In this document: piece after piece, positions 10,201 to 17,922 of the stretch
How positions within the stretch are numbered: the first letter of the stretch is position 1
Layout of the letters: every line of letters starts with the position of its first letter
Source of the DNA: an uncultured Spirochaetota bacterium
Lineage (GTDB): Bacteria > Spirochaetota > Spirochaetia > SZUA-6 > Fen-1364
Direction of reading: 5' to 3'
Length of the DNA: 64,000 bases
Assembly: GCA_963820525.1 (NCBI GenBank)
Contig: CAWGAA010000003.1
Location: forward strand, 992,001-1,056,000
The notes under the pieces: model-generated
The model's database searches: none
Told to the model about the DNA's origin: nothing
What the model saw: the letters and a program-made list of their open reading frames with translations, nothing else
Translations under genes and position numbers: made by a program

Positions 10201-10727
10201 TCGCCGTGGACGGCGGACAGCGGATGCAGGTCCTCATCGACGATCTTCTCACCTACTCCCGGGTGGGGAGAAACAAGGTTGCCGAGCCCGCTGATCTCGA
10301 CGATATTCTCAGTAAGGTGCAAAAAAGCCTTCGGGTGAGCTTCGAGGAGTCGGGCGCCACTCTCACGCACGACCCTCTGCCGACAATCTCATGCAACCCG
10401 GTGGAGATGATGCAGGTATTCCAGAACCTGATCGGCAACGCAATCAAGTTCCGGGGCGATAAAACGCCGATGATCCATGTGGGCGCCCGCCGCGAGGAGG
10501 AGGGGTGGCTGTTCTTTGTTCGGGACAATGGGATCGGCATCGATCGGCAGTTCGCTGACAGGATCTTCATGATCTTCCAGCGGCTGCACACGCGGGACAA
10601 GTATCCGGGAACGGGAATAGGCCTCGCCGTCTGCAAGAAGGTGGTCGAGCGCCACGGCGGGCGCATCTGGGTGGAGTCGAAGCCCGGGGAAGGCTCGACG
10701 TTTTACTTCACTATCGTGCACGCATGA
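7227..10727 (+). CDS. Sensor histidine kinase: multi-TM (MASE3-like) region, 5 PAS domains, HisKA and HATPase
   Basis: Hydrophobic N-terminus; repeated PAS/PAC units mostly ending DITER; H-box FAYVASHDLKEPLR; NLIGNAIKF, DNGIGI, GTGIGLAVC; GGAGG RBS before ATG 7227. Confidence 0.92.
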   Translation: MMEKGKSSGQQPLLFNLAWPWLPLFAVAVAVLASLKIQAVYNPPYLLTVLNILLLTVISFIVSILSARSYLAGHTGAVLLLGCGALSLGIGAALAGLPFGKLDANLIVTIYATGAFFSAVFNLASAIAASTAARRRANPSLPLLLTSYIGVIAIVSAAAWAAGKGLLPVFFIQGVGATLVDDVTLWTAAAMFASSAILLEVTQGSLGSPFHRWYALGMALIAVGLVGASFQHSIGSPLNWTARASQYLGCVYMLIAVISTARRSGSWGIPLERALQESRELYRSLVELSPDPILVHSEGMYVFANPAAARIFAARSPQEVVGKNVMNLIAPEYRDLTRERVSRAYAGEVTPLRESRFLRLDGRPVDVETTGARVEFEGKPAILVLVRDITERKRAEESVAWQASFPQLNPYPVAEIDLKGNVYYLNPAAEKLFPGLRERGLDHPWLTDWAAVADRFARNNEEKLVREVEADGRWYQQMMYFVPPTSRVRIYSMDITERAAAEKALEESERRERARSEELETVLNAVPASVWIAHDPHARRITGNRLSDEWLRVAPGTNISKSAPEGERPETFRVFKNGVELKPDEMPVQRSAAGEEVRDFEFTIVYPEGTQRHIVGNATPLRDERGNPRGSVSAFIDITERKANEAALLQARGDLEARVRDRTAELSRTVEALRRQADLLDLADDAIIVRDAKDRIAFWNHGAYKTYGWTQEEVIGKVPFELFQAQSEIPLSEMRREALKAGHWEGELRHARRDGSRIIVESRWAVRRLPDGAWETLEINRDITERKGAEALTRSASLYARGLLEVSLDPLVTISREGKITDVNKATEEATGLTRDRLIGTDFSTYFTQPDKADQGYRQVLLEGSVHDYPLSIRHVSGRVMDVLYNATVYRGENGEVRGVFAAARDITERKRTEAELESYRRHLEDLVKQRTAELEEAVAELARSNKDLEQFAYVASHDLKEPLRMVTGFLDLLMQSNPKGLDKKSREYIAFAVDGGQRMQVLIDDLLTYSRVGRNKVAEPADLDDILSKVQKSLRVSFEESGATLTHDPLPTISCNPVEMMQVFQNLIGNAIKFRGDKTPMIHVGARREEEGWLFFVRDNGIGIDRQFADRIFMIFQRLHTRDKYPGTGIGLAVCKKVVERHGGRIWVESKPGEGSTFYFTIVHA

Positions 10728-10740
10728 GGGGGAAACGGAC

Positions 10741-11163
10741 GTGGGTGCGGTTGAAGTTCTGATCGTGGAAGACAACGAGGGCGACGTCCGGCTGGTCAAG
10801 GAAGCCATGGCGCGGGTGGGGCTTTCCCACCATGTCACCGTGCTTACCGACGGTGTGCAGGCCATGGAGTTTCTCCGCCGCTGCGGCCAATATCGCACGG
10901 CATGCCGCCCGGACCTGATCGTGCTCGACCTGAAGCTCCCCAGGAAGGACGGCAGAGAGGTCCTCGCCGAGATCACGCCGGATCCGGAGCTGGCCCGCAT
11001 ACCGATGGCTGTCCTGAGCAGCTCCCAATCCGAGCTGGAGCGCGCCAAGGCGTATAACTTGCCCCAGGAGTGCTATTTCACGAAGCCCGCGACATTTACG
11101 GGATACATGCAGGTTGTCAAATCCATTGAGGAATATCGATTGAAAACGGCATCGAGGCTCTAG
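10741..11163 (+). CDS. Single-domain response regulator, Rcp1-like
   Basis: VLIVEDNEGDVRLVKEA...PDLIVLDLKLPRKDGREVLAEI...YFTKP. Confidence 0.9.
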   Translation: MGAVEVLIVEDNEGDVRLVKEAMARVGLSHHVTVLTDGVQAMEFLRRCGQYRTACRPDLIVLDLKLPRKDGREVLAEITPDPELARIPMAVLSSSQSELERAKAYNLPQECYFTKPATFTGYMQVVKSIEEYRLKTASRL

Positions 11164-11173
11164 GGCAGCGGCG

Positions 11174-12907
11174 ATGGAGCGCACCGGTAAAAGGGTCCTG
11201 TTGGTCGAGGACGAACGCGACCAGGCGCTGCTTCTCCAGGCCGAGCTCGAGCGCTGCTGCCCGGCTCAATTCGAGCTGGAATGGACTCAATCCCTTCAGG
11301 CCGCCCTCGAGGCGATCCGCCGTGAGCCCTTCGATGCCATCCTGCTGGACCTTTCCCTTCCTGATTCCCTGGGACTTGAGACGGTGGAGAAGGTGAGCGC
11401 CGCATCTCATGTCACGCCCATCGTCGTTCTTTCGGGCCAGAACGACGAACATGTGGCCGTCGAGGCGGTGCGCAAAGGAGCCCAGGATTACCTGATAAAG
11501 GACGAGGCCAACGGCCGCTTCATCGCCCGGGCCATCCGATATTCCATCGAGCGCAAACAGGCCGAGGAGCTTTTGCGCCAAGCGAACGACGAGCTGGAGC
11601 GCCGGGTCCGTGATAGAACGGCGGAGCTGACAAGGATCGTGGAGACCCTGCAGGGGGAGATGAACCGGCGGTCCACTGCGGAACGAGCCCTTCGCGCGCG
11701 CTCTGAGCAGCTGCGTCTCCTTGCCTCGGAATTGACGCTGGCCGAGCAGCGGGAGAGGCAGCGGCTGGCCCTTGTGATCCACGACGGATTGCAGCAACTC
11801 CTTGTGGCCGCCAACTACAGGCTGGGCAGGCTCGAGCGGGCTGAAAACCGCGAGGTCCGGCAGGCGGCCACCGAGGTCGGCCAGCTCATCTCGGACTCCA
11901 TCGAGGCTTCCCGCTCTCTCACCTCGGAGCTCGGCCCGCCCATCCTTCGGGTCGGGAGACTCATCCCCGCGCTGGAATGGCTGGTTCGCTGGATGCAGGA
12001 CAAACATGGGCTCGCCGTGGACATGGAAGCCCATGGAAACGTGGAGCCGGAGGCGGAGGACATGACCGTTCTTCTCTTCCAGGCCACCCGCGAGCTGTTG
12101 TTCAACGTCGTCAAGCACGCTGAGGTGAAAGCCGCCCGCGTCCAGGTTGCCCTCGTGGACGGCCAGGTTCAGATCACGGTTACCGACAAGGGAGTGGGCT
12201 TCGATCCGAGGCAGCTGCGGGCGGAAGGCGCTCCCAGTGGAGGCTTCGGCCTGTTCAGCATCAAAGAGCGCCTTGACCTCATGGGAGGGCGCGTGGAGAT
12301 CGACAGCGCTCCCGGCAGGGGAAGCAGGTTCAAGCTCGTGGCACCCCTTCCCTCGTTGGGGCCGGAAGCGGTTCAGAGGGCAGACCAGCGGCCAAGGGTG
12401 TCCGTGGGGATGGCCGGGGCGCGGGAGATCGGGCGGGTGAGAGCCGAAGGCAGAATCCGCGTCATGCTGGTGGACGACCACGTCGTCATGCGCCAAGGCC
12501 TCGCCGCGCTGCTTCAAGAGGAGCCGGACATCGAGATCGTCGGAGAGGCATCCGATGGGAAATCCGCCGTGGATCTTGCCCGCGAGGTCCGCCCGGATGT
12601 CGTGCTCATGGATGTCAGCATGCCGGGGATGAACGGAATCGAGGCGACGCGGATCATCCATGCCGAGAATCCCCGCGTCCGCGTCATCGGCCTGTCCATG
12701 TTCGAGGAAGCTGACCAGGCGGCCGCGATGCGCCAGGCCGGGGCCGTGGACTACCTCAACAAGACGGGGCCGTCGAACGCCGTGATCATGACCATCAGGG
12801 CCCGCATCGGCCCGCCGGGATCGCAGACCGAAGGGGAGCGGGCCCGCCCCGAGAGCCGGATGGAGGGCGCGGGAAAAGACGCGCAGAGCGACGGCGGCGC
12901 GCTCTGA
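11174..12907 (+). CDS. Hybrid REC-HisKA_3-HATPase-REC protein
   Basis: N-terminal REC (LLDLSLPD); ERQRLALVIHDGLQQ; ELLFNVVKHA, DKGVGF, GFGLFSIKER; C-terminal NarL-type REC (VDDHVVMRQG, MDVSMPGMNG) without an HTH. Confidence 0.9.
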   Translation: MERTGKRVLLVEDERDQALLLQAELERCCPAQFELEWTQSLQAALEAIRREPFDAILLDLSLPDSLGLETVEKVSAASHVTPIVVLSGQNDEHVAVEAVRKGAQDYLIKDEANGRFIARAIRYSIERKQAEELLRQANDELERRVRDRTAELTRIVETLQGEMNRRSTAERALRARSEQLRLLASELTLAEQRERQRLALVIHDGLQQLLVAANYRLGRLERAENREVRQAATEVGQLISDSIEASRSLTSELGPPILRVGRLIPALEWLVRWMQDKHGLAVDMEAHGNVEPEAEDMTVLLFQATRELLFNVVKHAEVKAARVQVALVDGQVQITVTDKGVGFDPRQLRAEGAPSGGFGLFSIKERLDLMGGRVEIDSAPGRGSRFKLVAPLPSLGPEAVQRADQRPRVSVGMAGAREIGRVRAEGRIRVMLVDDHVVMRQGLAALLQEEPDIEIVGEASDGKSAVDLAREVRPDVVLMDVSMPGMNGIEATRIIHAENPRVRVIGLSMFEEADQAAAMRQAGAVDYLNKTGPSNAVIMTIRARIGPPGSQTEGERARPESRMEGAGKDAQSDGGAL

Positions 12908-12917
12908 GGGGGCAGGC

Positions 12918-13524
12918 ATGGGCGGACCGATGGGAGCGATCGCTCGCTCGCCTTTCCTTCAGTCTCTCCTCACGGTTGTAACCTACGCGCTGTATGCCTG
13001 TGTGCTCGGCGCCGGCCTCGCTCCGGCCGCGCTGTTCGTCTCATGGGCGCGATGGACGCTTCTTCCGCCGGGCGGCCCCTTTGCCGCGGGAAGGCTTCTT
13101 CTCTTCTGCCTCTGCCTGGGGGCGGGTTTGTTCGTTTTTCTCTTCTTTGTGCTTGTCCTGATCGCCCTTGTCGTGAGGATGTTTTCAGTCGGCGTGAAAC
13201 CGGGGAGGCATCATCTCGCCTCCGCCGCCGCCTGGGAAGGAACATGTGGCTCACCACGGTTCAGCTCCTCGACCCCTACATGATCAACATCGGGGACGAC
13301 ACCGTGGTGGGGGAGACGCCGTGCTCACGGCCCACCTCTTCGAGAACGACACCCTGTTCATCGCTCCGATTCGGATCGGGAAGAACTGCATGATCGGCGC
13401 GCACGCCATCCTCTGCCCGGGCGCGGTGGTGGGCGACGGGGCAACGGTGGGCATCCGTTCCGTCGTGCGGGTGGGGGGTCGCGTCACCGCGGGGTCGCGG
13501 CTCTCCTCCGGCGCGGGGGAATGA
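12918..13524 (+). pseudogene. Disrupted membrane-anchored hexapeptide-repeat acyltransferase
   Basis: Coding sense passes through three frames: TM part to ~13230, LGRNMWLTTVQLLDPYMINIGDDTVVG to ~13310, then GDAVLTAHLFE..IRIGKNCMIGAHAILCPGAVVGDGATVG. Confidence 0.75.
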
Positions 13525-13894
13525 GCGCAAAGGTAAGAAGAACCACGACGCCGAAGCCGATATAGGCGATGAGGAAAACCCAGGCCGGAAAGTCGTAGAA
13601 GATGACGCTCCGCACCAGCCGGGCGATGAAGGAGATCTGTCCCTCGACGTGCTGGCCGGCAAGCTCCCGCAGCCGGTATTCCCAGACCGTCAAAGGGCAG
13701 AGGGTGCCTGCCATGGCCTCCACGGCCACCAGCACCACCGCGGCCAGGTGAACGATTCTGAAGCTCAGATTGCGGACCCAGGCCCAGCGCAGGAAAGCGC
13801 CCAGGAGGATTGCCGCTTCTCCTCCTACCGTGAAAGCCACGTAGCAGGAGTGGAAGACCACGATGATGTCGGCAAGCAGGGTATAGCGAGCCAC
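13484..13894 (-). CDS. DUF2784-like membrane protein
   Basis: LLADIIVVFH...FRIVHL...CPLTVWEYRLR...SFIARLV pattern. Confidence 0.8.
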   Translation of the reverse strand: MARYTLLADIIVVFHSCYVAFTVGGEAAILLGAFLRWAWVRNLSFRIVHLAAVVLVAVEAMAGTLCPLTVWEYRLRELAGQHVEGQISFIARLVRSVIFYDFPAWVFLIAYIGFGVVVLLTFALIPPRRRRAATPR

Positions 13895-13956
13895 GGGGAG
13901 CCGCCTCTCATCCCAAGCATACGGCTTTCAGGGGCGGCTTTCAAACCCATGCGCGG

Positions 13957-14766
13957 CTACGCTCCGGGCAGTCCCTTGATGGTGTCGCGCTCGATGTCCT
14001 TGAAGTACTTTACCGTGCTCACCTTGAGATCGCCCAGTGAGTCTTCGTCGCAGACGATTATCGTCTTTTTATGGAGCTGGAGCATGGAGACGGTCCACTG
14101 CTGGTTGACCCCCTCCTCCACAAGCTTCTGCAGGGCCCGGGCCTTTGCGTGCCCGCTTACGATGATGAGCGCCTCATCCGCGTCCATCACGGTGCCGACG
14201 CCTACCGTGAGGGCCATCCGGGGGACGGCTTTCATGTCGCCGCCGAAGAAACGGGAGTTGGCCATCCTGGTGTCGTCCGTGAGAGTCTTGACCCGCGTGC
14301 GGGAGCTCAGGGATGAGTACGGCTCGTTGAAGGCGATGTGGCCATCGGGTCCCACGCCGCCGAGAAAAAGCCGGATGCCGCCCAGGGATTCGATCTTCTT
14401 CTCGTAGCGCTCGCACTCGCCCTCCAGGTCCGCGGCCAGGCCGTTGAGGATGTTGATGTTTTCACCGGGGATATCCACGTGGCTGAAGAGGTGCTGCCGC
14501 ATGAAGAAGTGAAAGCTCTGAGGATGATCCTCGGCAAGGCCGACGTACTCGTCCATGTTGAAGGTGACCACGTTGGCAAAGGAGACCCTGCCCTGCCTAT
14601 TCAGCTCCACCAGCTTCTGGTAGGTCCCCAGCGGGGAAGATCCCGTGGGAAGCCCCAGCACGAACGGCCTGTCTCGTGTGGGCTTGAATGCGTTGATCTC
14701 GGCGCAGACGTAGTGGGCCACCCATGCGCTCAGAGCCGCGTAATCGTCATGAATGATGACTCTCAT
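13957..14766 (-). CDS. nagB: Glucosamine-6-phosphate deaminase
   Basis: [48 protein letters not shown]. Confidence 0.97.
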   Translation of the reverse strand: MRVIIHDDYAALSAWVAHYVCAEINAFKPTRDRPFVLGLPTGSSPLGTYQKLVELNRQGRVSFANVVTFNMDEYVGLAEDHPQSFHFFMRQHLFSHVDIPGENINILNGLAADLEGECERYEKKIESLGGIRLFLGGVGPDGHIAFNEPYSSLSSRTRVKTLTDDTRMANSRFFGGDMKAVPRMALTVGVGTVMDADEALIIVSGHAKARALQKLVEEGVNQQWTVSMLQLHKKTIIVCDEDSLGDLKVSTVKYFKDIERDTIKGLPGA

Positions 14767-14899
14767 GAATGCCCTCCCCTATTCCTTGATTCCCCCCGAT
14801 GTTGATGGTTATGCTCTGCCGCGCCCTTGTCACAAGACGCACGTGCCAACCTTAAAATAAGGAGGATTGGGTTGGAAGCAAAGAAAAACGGAGGCGCAG

Positions 14900-15958
14900 T
14901 CAGCGCTCCGTCATCGGCTCCCTGCGTACGGATTGCCTTTCTACAAGCGATGGTGCGAATGTCTTCGCGAAAAGCGGCCGGCCGGCCGGCCCTCCGCCGG
15001 CGGATTCCGCGGTTTCCGGCCCCTCCATCTGGGCCAGGAGGAACTCCGCCATGGTCTTTCCCATCTCGAAGCAGGGCTGCATCACCGTGGTGAGGGGCGG
15101 GCCGAAGACGGCGGCGAGCTCGATATCGTCCACTCCGATAACGCTGAGATCTTCAGGGATGGAAATGCCCAGCTCCGCTGCCGCCTTATAGACTCCCGCG
15201 GCTACCAGGTCGTTGTAGCACAAGAAGGCAGTGGCTTGAGGCGCGGCTCCTGCCCTCCCCGGGAACAGCCCGGCCGCCGCCTGCCGGCCATCCTTCATGG
15301 TGGCGCCGGCCGGCACGATCATCTCTTCCGTGAAATGCAGTCCGGCCTGGATCACGGCGTCCTTGAAACCCGCGGCCCTCTGTTCCGCGGCGCCCGAGGA
15401 GACGGGACCGCGGAGGTGGACAATCCGTGTATGACCCATCTCCAACAAGTATTCGGCGGCAAGCCTTCCCGCCCCCCGCTCCGAGAACTCAGCCCGGGAA
15501 GTCTCCATGCCCGGGAGGCTTCCCAAGGTAACGAGCGGAGTGCCGCGGGCGATGAGGCTCCAGATGTGCCCAAGGTCGATGCCGATCTGCTGGGGAGTGA
15601 TGATGATCCCGTCAACCTGGTAGCTCAAGGCGGCCCCTACAGCCTGAACCTCCCGCTCATGGTCGTCCTCGGTGCTGAGAAGGAGCGTGCTGTACTTTTT
15701 TGGCGCGAGCACGCTGTTGATCCCCTCCACGATCCTGGAGTTGAAGGGGTTCATGATGTCCTTGAGGATGAGGGCCACGAGGTGGGTGGACCTCCTTCCA
15801 AGCGCGCGGGCAAGCCTGTTCGGCTGATAGTGGTAGCGCGAGACGACCTCCAGCACTTTCCTGCGCGTCGGCTCGGAAACCCAGGGTTTGTCCGAAAGCA
15901 CGGCATGTACCGTGGATCGGGAAGTGCCGCTCAGCCTTGCAATCTCTTCCATCGTCAT
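14900..15958 (-). CDS. LacI-family transcriptional regulator
   Basis: MTMEEIARLSGTSRSTVHAVL HTH; YQPNRLARAL; IPEDLSVIGVDD; LVERQS; start trimmed to ATG 15958. Confidence 0.93.
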   Translation of the reverse strand: MTMEEIARLSGTSRSTVHAVLSDKPWVSEPTRRKVLEVVSRYHYQPNRLARALGRRSTHLVALILKDIMNPFNSRIVEGINSVLAPKKYSTLLLSTEDDHEREVQAVGAALSYQVDGIIITPQQIGIDLGHIWSLIARGTPLVTLGSLPGMETSRAEFSERGAGRLAAEYLLEMGHTRIVHLRGPVSSGAAEQRAAGFKDAVIQAGLHFTEEMIVPAGATMKDGRQAAAGLFPGRAGAAPQATAFLCYNDLVAAGVYKAAAELGISIPEDLSVIGVDDIELAAVFGPPLTTVMQPCFEMGKTMAEFLLAQMEGPETAESAGGGPAGRPLFAKTFAPSLVERQSVRREPMTER

Positions 15959-15963
15959 AGTTT

Positions 15964-15973
15964 TACACGTGTA
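15964..15973. promoter_or_regulatory. Putative LacI-family operator TACACGTGTA
   Basis: Perfect 10-bp palindrome with central CG, overlapping the predicted lacI transcription start. Confidence 0.55.
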
Positions 15974-16000
15974 GTATATCATTTTCCTTTTATTTGTCAA
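15973..16000 (-). promoter_or_regulatory. Sigma70 promoter of the LacI gene
   Basis: TTGACA-16 nt-TATACT with an extended TG. Confidence 0.65.
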
Positions 16001-16058
16001 TATTATTTCTTTCAATATAAATAATTATTCTATTTCCTGACTTTCTAACGATTTATTA

Positions 16059-16087
16059 TTGACATCGTGTATAATGGATGATATCAT
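16059..16087 (+). promoter_or_regulatory. Sigma70 promoter of the epimerase operon
   Basis: TTGACA-17 nt-TATCAT with an extended TG in an AT-rich spacer. Confidence 0.7.
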
Positions 16088-16110
16088 GGATTTGACTTAA
16101 GGAGTTTCAA

Positions 16111-17118
16111 ATGGAAGTGGAGAAAAACAAGCTAATCGTTGTCACGGGCGCCGGCGGCTTTATCGGGGGGTGCCTCGTTTCAGACCTCAGGCGCCAGGGC
16201 TTCAAACGCATACGCGCCGTTGACAGAAAGCCCCTGAACCAGTGGTACCAGGCTTTCGACGATGTTGAAAACCTCGTCCTCGACCTCAAGCTCCTGGAGA
16301 ATTGCACCACGGCGGCGCAGGGGGCATCCGAGATATATAACCTCGCGGCCGACATGGGAGGAATGGGCTTCATCGAGAAGAACAAGGCCCAGTGCATGCT
16401 CTCCGTGCTCATCAGCACGCATATGCTGGAAGCGGCACGGGTAGTCGGCGTGGAGCGGTTCTTCTACTCGTCCTCAGCCTGCGTGTACAATGCCGACAAA
16501 CAAAAAGAGGCCCATGTAACCGCCTTGAAGGAAGAGGACGCTTACCCCGCGCTTGCCGAAGACGGCTACGGCTGGGAGAAGCTGTTCAGCGAGAGGATGT
16601 GCCGCCACTTCCGCGAGGATTTCGGAATGGAAACCCGCGTGGCGCGCTTCCACAACGTGTACGGCCCCTACGGCACCTGGGACGGCGGAAGGGAGAAAGC
16701 GCCGGCCGCGCTCTGCCGCAAGGTAATCGACGCCAAGCACCGGAAAACCGGCCAGATCGAGATCTGGGGCGACGGCGAGCAGACACGGAGCTTCATGTTC
16801 ATTGACGACTGCGTGAAGGGCATCCAGCTCATCGCCCAGAGCGACATCCTGGAACCCATTAACCTGGGATCGAGCGAGCTTGTCTCAATCAATCACCTGG
16901 TGGACATCGTGGAGGAAGTGGCCGGGGTGAAGCTGAAAAGAGAATACGATCTCGACGCCCCCAAGGGCGTGCGGGGGCGGAACAGCGACAACACGGCCAT
17001 CAAGAAGCGGCTGAATTGGGAACCGAAGATCTCCCTGCGCGAGGGGATCGCGAAGACATACGCATGGATCGAGAAGCAGTACGCGGACCGGCTGGCCGGA
17101 AAGCGGACCGTGAGCTGA
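16111..17118 (+). CDS. NAD-dependent epimerase, GDP-mannose 3,5-epimerase-like
   Basis: TGAGGFIG; LAADMGGMGFI; YSSSACVY; YGWEK; RFHNVYGP.GTWDGGREKAPAALCRK; GVRGRNSDN. Confidence 0.88.
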   Translation: MEVEKNKLIVVTGAGGFIGGCLVSDLRRQGFKRIRAVDRKPLNQWYQAFDDVENLVLDLKLLENCTTAAQGASEIYNLAADMGGMGFIEKNKAQCMLSVLISTHMLEAARVVGVERFFYSSSACVYNADKQKEAHVTALKEEDAYPALAEDGYGWEKLFSERMCRHFREDFGMETRVARFHNVYGPYGTWDGGREKAPAALCRKVIDAKHRKTGQIEIWGDGEQTRSFMFIDDCVKGIQLIAQSDILEPINLGSSELVSINHLVDIVEEVAGVKLKREYDLDAPKGVRGRNSDNTAIKKRLNWEPKISLREGIAKTYAWIEKQYADRLAGKRTVS

Positions 17119-17134
17119 ACCGGAGCGCTTGGGC

Positions 17135-17920
17135 ATGTCGGACGTGATCGGAGCCATCCCCTATCGCCTCGCGCTCGCCGGCGGATGGATAGACCAGCCT
17201 TTCGTCTCCCGGCTCAACCCCGATCCGCCCGGCTCCATGGTCGTGGTGGCCGTTCAGCCCGATTTCAGGTGGATGGATCGCTGCGGCATGGCCACGAGCA
17301 CGCGGCAGGCGGCCTCGCGGCTCTGGAACGGCGCGCTGCCCGCCCGGGATCCCGCAGACCTGGTGCGCGAGCTGTACGCGGAGGAGAACAGGGGCAAGGC
17401 GGATCCCTCGGGATCCCAGGACATGGTCGGCCTCATCTACCCCGGCGTCAGCAGGCTGGATTTCGACGCATCCTCGGAAGGAGGCGTGTTCCCCGAGCAC
17501 ATCGAGTCCAACACGGACCCGGCCGTCGCCCGATGGATCGAGGAGGTCGTCCGGGTGTTGCCCATTGCCCCGCGTCCCGAGAACTACAGCCCGCTGGGAG
17601 AGAAGAACCTGGATCCCGGGTGGATCGGCATGCTCGGCAGAACCGGGAAGGACTGCTTCAAGGCCATCGTGGAACGCGACATGCGAGCCCTGGGCCAGTC
17701 CATGAACGAGTGCATGAGATGCTGGGAGGCCATCCTTCCCCAGACGGTGCGGCATCCTTCAATCACCGTGGACCTCGCTGGAATTCTCAAGCAGTACCAG
17801 GAGCGATACGCCGGGGCCATGTACTCCGGCTGCGGCGGCGGCTACCTCTATGTCGTCTCGGACCGGCCGGTTGCGGGCTCGTTCACCGTGCGCGTGCGCA
17901 CCTCTTCCGAATACCTCTAG
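17135..17920 (+). CDS. Divergent GHMP-superfamily sugar kinase-like protein
   Basis: PYRLALAGGWIDQP (motif I), DRCGMATS (degenerate motif II), SGSQD, YSGCGGGYL (motif III). Confidence 0.7.
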   Translation: MSDVIGAIPYRLALAGGWIDQPFVSRLNPDPPGSMVVVAVQPDFRWMDRCGMATSTRQAASRLWNGALPARDPADLVRELYAEENRGKADPSGSQDMVGLIYPGVSRLDFDASSEGGVFPEHIESNTDPAVARWIEEVVRVLPIAPRPENYSPLGEKNLDPGWIGMLGRTGKDCFKAIVERDMRALGQSMNECMRCWEAILPQTVRHPSITVDLAGILKQYQERYAGAMYSGCGGGYLYVVSDRPVAGSFTVRVRTSSEYL

Positions 17921-17922
17921 CC

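Noticed and set aside
8772..12919. Long antisense ORFs (8772-10370, 11117-12919; similarly 20103-21644, 21617-23212, 33043-34725, 38341-40122, 53767-56088)
   Set aside because: Shadow frames of well-supported genes in high-GC DNA, with no recognisable motifs.
14836..14850. TTGGCACG sigma54-like -24 motifs upstream of nagB and at ~53583-53590
   Set aside because: No TTGC -12 element at the required spacing.
17185..17922. N-terminal extension of the 516-aa ORF suggesting a kinase-transferase fusion
   Set aside because: The extension is an off-frame reading of the kinase gene; the kinase stops at 17920 and the transferase starts at 17923.
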